From an uncultured Gammaproteobacteria bacterium (GTDB lineage: Bacteria; Patescibacteriota; Microgenomatia; UBA10105; UBA927): 64,000 nucleotides of DNA. The notes beneath the pieces were generated by a model, which saw nothing but the letters and a program-made list of their open reading frames with translations, did no database searches and was not told where the DNA came from. Positions within the stretch are counted from its first letter, which is position 1; each line of letters opens with the position of its first letter. The position numbers and the translations under genes are program-made. The stretch is taken from the NCBI GenBank assembly GCA_964609895.1, contig CAZSTG010000002.1, positions 84,373-148,372 of the forward strand, read 5' to 3'. This document shows positions 38,278-47,481 of this stretch, one piece after another.

Positions 38278-39717
38278 ATGTCTTTTTACCGAACGTATAG
38301 ACCGCAGCTGATTGATGAAATTGACAACGTTCATGTACGGGAACAGGTAATTTCACTGCTTCAGAAAGATGTTTCTGAACTTCCGCACGCATATCTTCTC
38401 ACGGGACCAAAAGGTGCCGGCAAAACGACGACAGCACGGATACTGGCTAAATTGTATAACTGCGAACACCGTTCTAAAAAAAGCGGTCCGTGTGGTTCGT
38501 GCCACATGTGTACATCTATTGCGGAAGGAACGAACATGGATGTTTTGGAAATTGACGCGGCATCCAACCGCGGCATTGACGAGATCAGAGAACTTCGTGA
38601 TCGCATTGCTCTTGCTTCCATCGGCGGCGGGTACAAGATATATATCATTGATGAGGTGCACATGTTGACGACGGAGGCATTCAATGCGCTGTTAAAGACA
38701 CTGGAGGAACCGCCAAAACATGCCGTGTTCATCCTCGCCACAACGGACATACAAAAAGTTCCGGCGACAATCAAATCCCGCTGCATCTCCATTGTGTTTC
38801 AAAAAGCGACTGACGCGGAGCTTCTCAGTGCACTTAAAAAAATTGTCACAGCGGAGAAAATGAATATTACGGATGATGCCCTGCGGTTTATTGCAAGTGA
38901 AGCAGACGGGGCATTTCGGGACGCAGTGAAGTTTTTGGAACAAGTGAGCTTTTCCAAAGGCAACATTACGATTGATACGATTACCGATTTGTTTGCCTCG
39001 GCAGGCGATACAGTGTGTGTCCGGTTTTTGGAAGCATTGACAGCAAAGGACGAAAAACAGGCATTTGCGGTTATCGAACATCTTACATCGGAAGCAAAAG
39101 ACGTCCGTGGATTCATTACCGACGTGTTGCGCATATTACAGGGACATCTTGTGGCAATCGGGAAAGGGGAACGTGTTGCAGGATGGGACAAAGCGGCTGT
39201 GCAGCGTGCGTCACGTTGTTTTATAGATGCCTATGGTTTGTTGAAGCATTCTCCCATCGCCGAACTTCCCTTGGAGCTTGCAGTACTGGAATTTTTTGGA
39301 GGGCGCGCAACCGACGAGTCTCAGCCATCCGTGCCGACCGCCGTTGTTCATGGAACACCACAGCCGAAACCGGTAGTAGGAAGGCATGTAGGGACAGACA
39401 CATCGTCTTCCGTTTCTGCAGCGCGTGAAACGGAAACGCCTGTTAAGCAGATTGACGAATCATTCACGGTGGAAAAATTACTGGAATATTGGAAAGATAT
39501 TATTGAAGCGTTAAAGCCGTTTAATCATTCTGTTGCCGGTGTGATGCGATCTGCGCGTCCTCGGGAAATTCGTGACGACACGCTTATTATCGAGACGCAG
39601 TACAAATTTCATCAGGAACGCTTGTCAGAAGTGAAGGTCCGTGATATGTTGTCTACGGTGCTGAAAAAACTGTTCGGTGTACAGGTAAAAGTCGAAGTCG
39701 TATTAACAGAAAAATAA
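38278..39717 (+). CDS. dnaX: DNA polymerase III subunit gamma/tau
   Basis: YRTYRPQ, GPKGAGKTT, EIDAASNRG, IIDEVHML, ATIKSRC. Confidence 0.97.
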   Translation: MSFYRTYRPQLIDEIDNVHVREQVISLLQKDVSELPHAYLLTGPKGAGKTTTARILAKLYNCEHRSKKSGPCGSCHMCTSIAEGTNMDVLEIDAASNRGIDEIRELRDRIALASIGGGYKIYIIDEVHMLTTEAFNALLKTLEEPPKHAVFILATTDIQKVPATIKSRCISIVFQKATDAELLSALKKIVTAEKMNITDDALRFIASEADGAFRDAVKFLEQVSFSKGNITIDTITDLFASAGDTVCVRFLEALTAKDEKQAFAVIEHLTSEAKDVRGFITDVLRILQGHLVAIGKGERVAGWDKAAVQRASRCFIDAYGLLKHSPIAELPLELAVLEFFGGRATDESQPSVPTAVVHGTPQPKPVVGRHVGTDTSSSVSAARETETPVKQIDESFTVEKLLEYWKDIIEALKPFNHSVAGVMRSARPREIRDDTLIIETQYKFHQERLSEVKVRDMLSTVLKKLFGVQVKVEVVLTEK

Positions 39718-39785
39718 AGGGGATTTCAAGTGCTATTTTGATAAACGAGTAGCGTTTATTATGTAGTAGTTGAAATTGAATTTTT

Positions 39786-40046
39786 ATGTTTAATCCATTT
39801 AAACAGTTGGGCGATATAAATGAAATGAGAAAATCCGCTATGGCAATTCAAAAAGTACTTGCCGGTATGACATTCACCGCAAAAGAAGGCGATGTTGAAA
39901 TTACCATGAACGGAAATCAGGAAGTGCAGTCCGTGATGGTTGCCGGAGTGCCCAATGAATCCATCAAAAGAGCTATCGGTAACGTTATCAAACAGTCACA
40001 ACAGGCAGCAGCAGGGCAACTCGCACAAATGCAAAAGGGCATGTAA
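39786..40046 (+). CDS. YbaB/EbfC family nucleoid-associated protein
   Basis: 86 aa directly after dnaX; VEITMNGNQEV. Confidence 0.85.
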   Translation: MFNPFKQLGDINEMRKSAMAIQKVLAGMTFTAKEGDVEITMNGNQEVQSVMVAGVPNESIKRAIGNVIKQSQQAAAGQLAQMQKGM

Positions 40047-40051
40047 CCATC

Positions 40052-40993
40052 ATGGCAATTGTTGTAACAGGCAGCATTGGATACGACTTCATCATGGGGT
40101 TTCCGGGGAAGATTTCCGAGAGGATCATGCCGGACAAGATCCACACCATTTCTTTGTCACTCCTTGCAGATAAACTGCATAAGCAATTTGGTGGAACCGC
40201 AGGAAATATTGCATACTCACTGAAGTTATTGGACGTTGAACCGCTGGTTCAGACTTACGCTGGAAATGATTTTTCTGAGTATAAAGCATTTTGGAAAACC
40301 CAGAAGATACAGACAACATATATTGCCGTGGATACAAAAAATTCGAGCGGTACGTATTTTGTTGTGACTGATCAAGCTGATAATCAGATTGGCGCATATT
40401 ACAAAGGCGCATTAGTACATACGTCATTGCTTCATCTTGCACGTATTCACGAACCATTTGATTTTGTAGTGATTTCCGCCAATGAGCCAAAAGCGATGAC
40501 ACAGTATGTCAGGGAATGCATGGAACACAAGATTCCGTATATGTATGACCCGTCGTTTCAAATCGCCAGTTTTTCCAAAAAGGAACTGCATGACGGGGTG
40601 AGCCACGCATCGATTTTTATCGGCAATGATTATGAAATTTCACTTCTTGAAAAACGTCTTGAAATAACACATAAGGGTTTGCTTCGGCTTTGTCCTGTTG
40701 TCATTACCACACTCGGAGCAAAAGGATCGCGTATCGAGTCCGATACGAAACAGATGCTGATTCGTCCTGCAAAAGTAAAAGGTATAGTTGATCCGACCGG
40801 CGCGGGCGATGCATACAGATCAGGATTTTTGGCAGGGTTTATGAGACGTTTTGATTTGAGAACGTGTGGACAGATGGGGTCTGTTGCTGCTGCATATACA
40901 GTGGAGCTGTTCGGGACGCAGACACATTCATACACCAAAAAAGAATTTTGCACGCGGTACAAAAAAAATTATAAAAATAGACTCGTTCTGTAA
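40052..40993 (+). CDS. PfkB family kinase, bacterial adenosine kinase-like
   Basis: [38 protein letters not shown]; adjacent to ahcY. Confidence 0.9.
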   Translation: MAIVVTGSIGYDFIMGFPGKISERIMPDKIHTISLSLLADKLHKQFGGTAGNIAYSLKLLDVEPLVQTYAGNDFSEYKAFWKTQKIQTTYIAVDTKNSSGTYFVVTDQADNQIGAYYKGALVHTSLLHLARIHEPFDFVVISANEPKAMTQYVRECMEHKIPYMYDPSFQIASFSKKELHDGVSHASIFIGNDYEISLLEKRLEITHKGLLRLCPVVITTLGAKGSRIESDTKQMLIRPAKVKGIVDPTGAGDAYRSGFLAGFMRRFDLRTCGQMGSVAAAYTVELFGTQTHSYTKKEFCTRYKKNYKNRLVL

Positions 40994-41007
40994 AGGAGAA
41001 TACTCGT

Positions 41008-42270
41008 ATGTCCAGATCAGGGGATGTCAAAAATATACAGCTTGCAGCAGGAGGAAAACTCCGCATCGAATGGGCGGGAAATTCCATGCCGGTATTAAAA
41101 CTGATTGAAAAACGGTTTGCCAAAGAGCAGCCGCTCAAGGGACTCGTGATTGCCGCATGTTTGCATGTGACAGCGGAAACAGCCAATTTGATGCTGGCAC
41201 TCAAGGCCGGAGGCGCAAATGTATATTTGTGCGCCAGTAATCCGCTGTCAACGCAAGATGATGTTGCAGCATCGCTCGTCAAAGATTTTCACATTCCGAC
41301 GTTTGCCATCAAAGGGGAGGATACGAAGACGTATTATTCCCATCTGCACGCGGTTTTGGATATGCATCCGAATATTACGATGGATGACGGAGCGGATTTG
41401 GTCTCGCTTCTGCATACAAAACGCAAAAGTCAGCTTTCTGAGATTATCGGGTCGAGTGAAGAAACAACAACAGGAGTGATACGTTTAAAAGCGATGATGA
41501 AAGATGCGGCACTCAAGATTCCTGTATTTGCGGTTAACGACAGCGATACCAAACACATGTTTGATAACAGGTACGGCACGGGACAGTCAACACTAGATGG
41601 CATCATGCGTGCAACGAACATGCTTCTTGCAGGAAAAACATTTGTCGTTGCAGGATATGGATGGTGCGGACGCGGACTTGCATCTCGTGCTCACGGATTG
41701 GGTGCACATGTCATCGTAACGGAAGTGGATTCGATTAAGGCACTCGAAGCAGTTATGGATGGTTACGCTGTTATGCCAATGGCAAAAGCTGCAAAAATTG
41801 GTGACATGTTTGTGACAGTGACGGGCGATAAAAATGTTGTTTCGCTTGACCACATGATGAGCATGAAAGACGGAGCAGTCATTGCAAACTCTGGACACTT
41901 TAACGTGGAAGTTGCAGTCGAAGCATTGCAGAAGAAAGCAAAATCTCATCGGATAGTTCGCACGTATGTCGAGGAATATACACTTGCAGATAAGACGAAA
42001 CGGTTTGTCCTCGCGGACGGTCGGCTTATCAATTTGTCAGCTGCTGAGGGACACCCTGCGGAAGTGATGGATATGAGCTTTGCCAATCAGGCACTCGCTG
42101 CTGAATTTTTTGCAAAAAATAAAAAGCAACTTGCTGTGAAGGTGTATACCATTTCAAAAGAAATGGACGGGGAAATTGCTAGACTCAAACTGAAATCCAT
42201 GGGAGTGCAATTTGATACGCTTACCAAGGAACAGGAAGCATACCTTGGAAGTTGGCAGGAAGGAACATGA
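41008..42270 (+). CDS. ahcY: Adenosylhomocysteinase
   Basis: [53 protein letters not shown]. Confidence 0.98.
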   Translation: MSRSGDVKNIQLAAGGKLRIEWAGNSMPVLKLIEKRFAKEQPLKGLVIAACLHVTAETANLMLALKAGGANVYLCASNPLSTQDDVAASLVKDFHIPTFAIKGEDTKTYYSHLHAVLDMHPNITMDDGADLVSLLHTKRKSQLSEIIGSSEETTTGVIRLKAMMKDAALKIPVFAVNDSDTKHMFDNRYGTGQSTLDGIMRATNMLLAGKTFVVAGYGWCGRGLASRAHGLGAHVIVTEVDSIKALEAVMDGYAVMPMAKAAKIGDMFVTVTGDKNVVSLDHMMSMKDGAVIANSGHFNVEVAVEALQKKAKSHRIVRTYVEEYTLADKTKRFVLADGRLINLSAAEGHPAEVMDMSFANQALAAEFFAKNKKQLAVKVYTISKEMDGEIARLKLKSMGVQFDTLTKEQEAYLGSWQEGT

Positions 42271-42345
42271 CATAACGATTATTTTTTGATGCGTATGAAT
42301 TCAGTCCTTGATTCCTTTGTGCTGAAGAAGGTATAACAAATATAT

Positions 42346-43260
42346 ATGAAAGACCATCTCCTGTTTTCCGGATCCAGTAATCAGGCGCTTGCCGCAAAAG
42401 TTGCGCGTCAGCTCAATATCCAACTTGGCGCTGTTGACCTTTCCCGTTTTGCCGACGGCGAGGTGCGTCCGTGGATACAGGAGGATGTGCGGGATAAAAC
42501 AGTGTTCGTGATGCAGTCGCTGTCAACACCTATGGATGCATATATTATGGAAATGGCGCTCATGGGGGACGCAATCAGAAGAAGTGCACCAAAAACCATG
42601 GTTGCCGTCATTCCATACCTCGGGTATTCAAGGCAGGACAAACAACACCGCATCGGCGAGCCGATATCCGCCCGCGTTATTGCAAAATTCATTGAGGTTT
42701 CAAAATTCAAAGAAGTGATTGTCGTAGATCTGCACAATGACGCGATTGTCGGATTTTTTCAAATTCCGGTGACGCACGTGAGTGCGATGCCCATATTGGT
42801 TGATGCGATCAAAAAACTGCAATTGAAGAATCCTGTTGTCGTGTCTCCTGATGTCGGAGGAGTCAGACGGGCAAGAAACTTTGCATATCAGATGGATGCA
42901 GATCTTGTCGTCATGGAGAAAAAACGTTTTATCGACCGTCATGACCAGAGTGAGAATTTTCAGATTATCGGGGATGTGAAAGGAAGAACAGCAATTATCC
43001 ATGATGATATGATTTCCACAGGAGGCACGATTATCCACAGCGCGGCAGCGCTTCGGGAGGCGGGCGCAACGTCAGTTGTCGTTTGCGCCTCACATGCGGT
43101 TCTTTCCGGTGATGCAAAAAGCAATTTGGAAAAAGCTCAAATTGATCAACTGATTTTGACTGATACTATTATCGATTCCGAAGATCGGTTGCCAAAAGGA
43201 ACGACCATTGTTTCGGTTGCGCCGGTTATTGCGGACGCCATCTCGACTATTATTCGGTAA
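42346..43260 (+). CDS. prs: Ribose-phosphate pyrophosphokinase
   Basis: FADGE, PYLGYSRQDK, DLHND, VSPDVGG, DDMISTGGT. Confidence 0.97.
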   Translation: MKDHLLFSGSSNQALAAKVARQLNIQLGAVDLSRFADGEVRPWIQEDVRDKTVFVMQSLSTPMDAYIMEMALMGDAIRRSAPKTMVAVIPYLGYSRQDKQHRIGEPISARVIAKFIEVSKFKEVIVVDLHNDAIVGFFQIPVTHVSAMPILVDAIKKLQLKNPVVVSPDVGGVRRARNFAYQMDADLVVMEKKRFIDRHDQSENFQIIGDVKGRTAIIHDDMISTGGTIIHSAAALREAGATSVVVCASHAVLSGDAKSNLEKAQIDQLILTDTIIDSEDRLPKGTTIVSVAPVIADAISTIIR

Positions 43261-43270
43261 CATAACGGTT

Positions 43271-43876
43271 ATGACTATTCTTCCCAAATCAGTTACGCGC
43301 GTTGTCGAATCGTTTGAACGACTTCCGGGGATCGGGCCAAAGACGGCGACTCGGCTTGCATTTTATCTTCTGCATGTACCGGAAGAGGAGATTCAGCGTT
43401 TTGCAGATTCCCTGACAGGACTTAAATCCCACACAGTGCTTTGCGGCGTGTGTAAAAACGTGACGGAGCAAGATCCTTGTTCCGTGTGTAGCGATCCACG
43501 TCGGGATCACGCTACAATTTGTCTTGTGGAACAGCCGACCGATGTGTTGTCCATTGAACGGACGGGTGCATTTCATGGAGTGTACCATGTACTTCATGGA
43601 TCAATTGATCCGTTAAATAATATCGGACCGGATGAAATATATATCGCTGATTTATTGAAACGGATTAAAAATCAAACCGAACCAATTACAGAAATCATTT
43701 TTGCCATGAACCCGACGATGGAAGGGGAGGCAACCGCGATGTATATTCAAAAACAACTTGCGGGAACAAAGATAAAAATAACACGACTGGCTCACGGAAT
43801 ACCCATCGGCGGCGACATCGAATATGCAGACGAAGTCACTCTCAAGCGCGCGCTCGAAGGCAGGCGGGAGTATTGA
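43271..43876 (+). CDS. recR: Recombination mediator RecR
   Basis: LPGIGPKTA.RLA, C4 zinc finger, YHVLHG, NPTMEGEATA. Confidence 0.97.
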   Translation: MTILPKSVTRVVESFERLPGIGPKTATRLAFYLLHVPEEEIQRFADSLTGLKSHTVLCGVCKNVTEQDPCSVCSDPRRDHATICLVEQPTDVLSIERTGAFHGVYHVLHGSIDPLNNIGPDEIYIADLLKRIKNQTEPITEIIFAMNPTMEGEATAMYIQKQLAGTKIKITRLAHGIPIGGDIEYADEVTLKRALEGRREY

Positions 43877-43884
43877 TTTTTTCC

Positions 43885-43951
43885 AAAAAAAAGCGTCAAG
43901 GTGGTACAAATAACACGAATAGTGTCATTCCTGTTTGTCCTTGACGCTTAA
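43885..43951 (-). terminator. Intrinsic terminator of the minus-strand orphan transcript
   Basis: AAGCGTCAAGG...CCTTGACGCTT 11-bp stem followed by a U run on the minus strand. Confidence 0.7.
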
Positions 43952-44012
43952 TTATCCTTCATATACTGTTTTGATTGTTCTATTCTACGAGATGGCTGGG
44001 GGATAATACTGT

Positions 44013-44330
44013 TTAAATATCTTTTTCGCTTTTTGTTTTTATTATCTGACCGCCGCGATTGATCCTCAAAGCAATGTGTGGATTCATTTTTGACCCAACG
44101 ACAACATGACATCGCTTGGCGTGATAAATATTATGGTCAGCGAGTGCGATAAACGCCTCGTTGACAGTGAATCCGAGTCGTATCGCAGCTTCAATTTCTG
44201 CCTCTCTTCTTCCTTGGTTTTTCCAATCGATTACTATCATATCTCTGTAACCAATGGTGGCTTGCTTTACCTGATTTTTTTCGTTTAAAACGATGCCTGT
44301 GAGCATCCGGTATTGTCCGTACTTAGCCAT
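44013..44330 (-). CDS. Orphan 105-aa basic protein enclosed by a 12-bp inverted repeat
   Basis: AAGGGAG RBS, own promoter and terminator; IR at 43986-43997 and 44364-44375. Confidence 0.75.
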   Translation of the reverse strand: MAKYGQYRMLTGIVLNEKNQVKQATIGYRDMIVIDWKNQGRREAEIEAAIRLGFTVNEAFIALADHNIYHAKRCHVVVGSKMNPHIALRINRGGQIIKTKSEKDI

Positions 44331-44532
44331 TATTTGTCTCCCTTATACAGTGTGATTTTTGAGAGCCATCTCGTACCCTAAAAAAAGATTCCTCTAGGGA
44401 GGTCTAGATCTCATATTGAGATCCACACACCCCTAGAAGAAGTTCTTTGGTAGTATATGTTGGAAAAGAGCCCAAATAGCTTCAAAACAACCCTCGCTTG
44501 CGAGGTGAAATTCAAGGCTATTTGAAGCAAAA

Positions 44533-44561
44533 AGTATACCATTTTTGGTTTTATTTGTCAA
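44533..44561 (-). promoter_or_regulatory. Near-consensus sigma70 promoter driving a ~200-nt structured leader
   Basis: TTGACA-17-TATACT with extended TG on the minus strand. Confidence 0.85.
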
Positions 44562-44604
44562 TCACTATAGGACAATTGCGGTGTGTCGTAAAATGGGCGA
44601 TAAT

Positions 44605-44913
44605 ATGAGCCGTATGACAGATATCAGACTACAAGTGGAAAAAGTTCTTAAGGAAATCATGGATCCGGAACTGAACATTAGTTTGTGGGATCTTGGTCTT
44701 ATTTATGACCTCACTATTAAAAACGGTCAGGTGGAAGTCGTGATGACCCTCACGTCTGTGGGCTGCCCTTTGTTTGGCACGATTCAGGGAGACATTGAAG
44801 AACAAATTGGGAAGATTAAAGGCGTGAAACATGTTTCCGTTGAACTGACGTTTGAACCGCCATGGTCCATGGATCGCATGAGCGAAGATGCGCGTGCACT
44901 GTTAGGTTTTTAA
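44605..44913 (+). CDS. Metal-sulfur cluster assembly factor (DUF59/SufT/PaaD-like)
   Basis: IMDPELNISLWDLGLIY, MTLTSVGCP, FEPPWS. Confidence 0.93.
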   Translation: MSRMTDIRLQVEKVLKEIMDPELNISLWDLGLIYDLTIKNGQVEVVMTLTSVGCPLFGTIQGDIEEQIGKIKGVKHVSVELTFEPPWSMDRMSEDARALLGF

Positions 44914-44938
44914 CTTCGATCCTTGGTATACTAATTCT

Positions 44939-45418
44939 ATGGCACCGCCAAAAGTACGACCTCCAATGCTTGGTTCATTTGAAGACATCGGAAAAGATGT
45001 AGTCAAACAGACTGTACAAGCACCAGTGGACATTGCGGGGAAAGTTTTGGAAAGCCTGACCGGGGGGTCTTCTGTTAAAGGACAAAAACAAGCGCAGCAG
45101 ATAAGCACGGAATCTCACACCCAAAAGCCTGATGGTGCACTTGGCCAAATGGAGGAGACAAACGACATAAAAGTGAAAAAAGCCATTGCAAGAGCCGCTC
45201 TGGAACAGCTTGCTGGGCATACGGAGCAGAAACCATCTTCAGTATTTGAGGAAAAGAAAAAGGAAGAACAGCAAAAGAAACAGGCAGAGGAAGAACAGGC
45301 AAAAAAAGCGGCACTTGCTGAAGTGCCGAAGATGTCCTCCAAAAAGCGCAGGGGCGACCTCTACGGCATCAAAGGGAAGAGCTCGACAGAGATGAGCAAA
45401 AATGTCCGTCAGGACTAA
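44939..45418 (+). CDS. Hypothetical charged coiled-coil protein
   Basis: 159-aa Lys/Glu/Gln-rich ORF; ATG lies 6 nt after TG-n-TATACT. Confidence 0.75.
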   Translation: MAPPKVRPPMLGSFEDIGKDVVKQTVQAPVDIAGKVLESLTGGSSVKGQKQAQQISTESHTQKPDGALGQMEETNDIKVKKAIARAALEQLAGHTEQKPSSVFEEKKKEEQQKKQAEEEQAKKAALAEVPKMSSKKRRGDLYGIKGKSSTEMSKNVRQD

Positions 45419-45422
45419 AATG

Positions 45423-45507
45423 GAATAGGGAATCTGGAATAAAGAATAGAGAATGTAGAATGAGGAAGTGTGGTATCATGGACTCGTTCATTCTAGATTC
45501 CATATTC
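45423..45507. repeat. Heptamer-period GAAT repeats (x6) with inverted ATTC copies (x3)
   Basis: GAAT at 45423, 45430, 45437, 45444, 45451, 45458; ATTC at 45490, 45497, 45504. Confidence 0.75.
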
Positions 45508-45517
45508 AAGTAATTAT

Positions 45518-46939
45518 ATGACAATCCAACTATTCAACACACTATCCCGAAAGAAAGAACCGTTTCAGCCGCTTACGTCGGGTGAAGTCCTGTTTTATCA
45601 CTGCGGTCCGACGGTTTATTGGACACAGCATATTGGCAATCTTCGCGGTATGACCATGGGAGATTTAGTGCGTCGGGTGTTGGAATATGTCGGCTATGAG
45701 GTGAAACACGTCAGAAATTACACCGATGTCGGGCATCTGACGTCTGACAGCGATACGGGTGAGGATAAAATGGAAAAGGGCGCAAAACGCGAAGGAAAAA
45801 CGCCGGACGAAATTGCGAAGTTTTATATTGATCAGTTTGAAACAGATACTAAGAAACTGCATCTTCTTGAGCCGACGGAAAAACCCCGTGCAACTGCGTA
45901 TATTCAGGATATGATTGCACTTGTTTCCGTGCTCCTTGAAAAGGGATACGCATATGCAACAGATCTTGCAGTTTATTTCGATATTACAAAATTCCCAAAC
46001 TATACAGAACTGTCCCATCAGCAGATGGACAAACTCATGGAAGGAGCGGGGAAGGCGGAAGTGTCAGATCCAAGAAAAAAACACGCCGCGGATTTTGTTT
46101 TATGGTTTTTTACGGCTGGAGTGCATACCAATGCCCTGCAGCACTGGAAATCTCCATTTCAGTCGCTCTTGGTAAAAGACGGTGACGGATTTCCAGGATG
46201 GCATTTGGAGTGCAGTGCGATGACGAAAGCACTTTTAGGTGATACGATCGATATCCACATGGGGGGCGTTGAACATATTCCCGTGCATCACACCAATGAA
46301 ATTGCGCAGAGCGAAGCGGCAAATGGGGTGAAGTTTGTGAACTATTGGCTGCACAATGAACATCTCTTAGTGAATGATAAGAAGATGGCAAAATCGGAAG
46401 GGACAGGATTTTCCTTGTCAGAGATTATTGATCGCGGTTATGATCCCTTGGTTTTACGGTATTTCTTTTTGCAGTCACATTATCGGTCAAAACAAAATTT
46501 TACATGGGAAGCACTGGATGGTGCAAAAACCGCGCTTTCCACGCTTCGTGCTTTTGTCACGTCGTGGACAACCAATGAAACAGCACATGGAAAGATCAGT
46601 GAAGCAGGCACGTCATACAAAACAAAATTTACTGAAGCAATTTCCGATGATCTAAATATTCCAAAAGCATTGGGTGTGGTGTGGGATATGACAAAAGCAG
46701 ATATTGTGAGTGCGGAGAAATTGTCATTGCTTTTCGATTTTGACAGAGTATTAGGGCTGATGCTTTCGGATTGGAAAGCGGAAGAAATTCCTAATGATAT
46801 TCTATTACTAGCAAAGCAAAGAGATGATTTTCGGGAGCAACGGAACTATGCAGCATCTGATATTATCCGAGATCGAATTGTTGCCGGAGGATACAGTATT
46901 GAGGATTCATCATCTGGAACTGTTGTAAAAAGAAAATAA
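45518..46939 (+). CDS. cysS: Cysteine-tRNA ligase
   Basis: CGPTVY, HIGN, NYTDVGH, PGWHLECS, HHTNEIAQ, KMAKS. Confidence 0.98.
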   Translation: MTIQLFNTLSRKKEPFQPLTSGEVLFYHCGPTVYWTQHIGNLRGMTMGDLVRRVLEYVGYEVKHVRNYTDVGHLTSDSDTGEDKMEKGAKREGKTPDEIAKFYIDQFETDTKKLHLLEPTEKPRATAYIQDMIALVSVLLEKGYAYATDLAVYFDITKFPNYTELSHQQMDKLMEGAGKAEVSDPRKKHAADFVLWFFTAGVHTNALQHWKSPFQSLLVKDGDGFPGWHLECSAMTKALLGDTIDIHMGGVEHIPVHHTNEIAQSEAANGVKFVNYWLHNEHLLVNDKKMAKSEGTGFSLSEIIDRGYDPLVLRYFFLQSHYRSKQNFTWEALDGAKTALSTLRAFVTSWTTNETAHGKISEAGTSYKTKFTEAISDDLNIPKALGVVWDMTKADIVSAEKLSLLFDFDRVLGLMLSDWKAEEIPNDILLLAKQRDDFREQRNYAASDIIRDRIVAGGYSIEDSSSGTVVKRK

Positions 46940-46941
46940 TT

Positions 46942-47325
46942 CTACCTCTTTTTTATTTCTTTTGCCGTGAGTGTGTGTGATTCAATGTTTAGGGTTACAG
47001 GTTCAATCACAATTTTGATTTTTGTTCCTGATACCAGCGCATTACTATTGGTAGTCGTTGGAAACGTTACATTCCAGCTTCCCATATTTTTTTCCGGACT
47101 GCTCATGAAGGTCAGCTGATCCACCGTCATTGTTCCATCTTCTTCGAGTTCGTTGACAACAGCAGTGGCGGAAATACCACTGGTTGCACTTGCGCGGGAG
47201 CGAATGTCTGTGGAAACCCTGTTTTTGTTGATAATTCCGGTAAGAATGATTCCTGTAATAATAAATGCGACCGTACTGACGAGATAGAGCGTGGTGTTAT
47301 CTTTCTTTTTTGTGTCTGATGTCAT
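46942..47325 (-). CDS. Single-TM surface protein with DIRSRA motif
   Basis: GAGGA RBS; basic N-terminus, TM, STDIRSRAS, then a small beta-rich domain. Confidence 0.8.
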   Translation of the reverse strand: MTSDTKKKDNTTLYLVSTVAFIITGIILTGIINKNRVSTDIRSRASATSGISATAVVNELEEDGTMTVDQLTFMSSPEKNMGSWNVTFPTTTNSNALVSGTKIKIVIEPVTLNIESHTLTAKEIKKR

Positions 47326-47481
47326 ACGTTCCTCACCGATATTGTTTCATGCAGGACAGCACTGTGTCAATGGATCGGGGATATGAGTCAGGTATGTATG
47401 TATTTGGTCGGCAAAACGGTATATACTCAGATATATATTATTTTTCAAAATACGCCGGTAATTTTATGGCAACGTATAGCT

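Noticed and set aside
38476-38483. dnaX programmed -1 frameshift at AAAAAAAG
   Set aside because: It lies around codon 67, inside the ATPase domain, far from where a gamma subunit could end; A runs are common in this genome
43880-44530. SRP RNA, tmRNA or RNase P RNA next to recR
   Set aside because: No SRP helix-8 motif, tRNA-like ends or GAGGAAAGTCC seen by eye; an Rfam search is needed to exclude them fully
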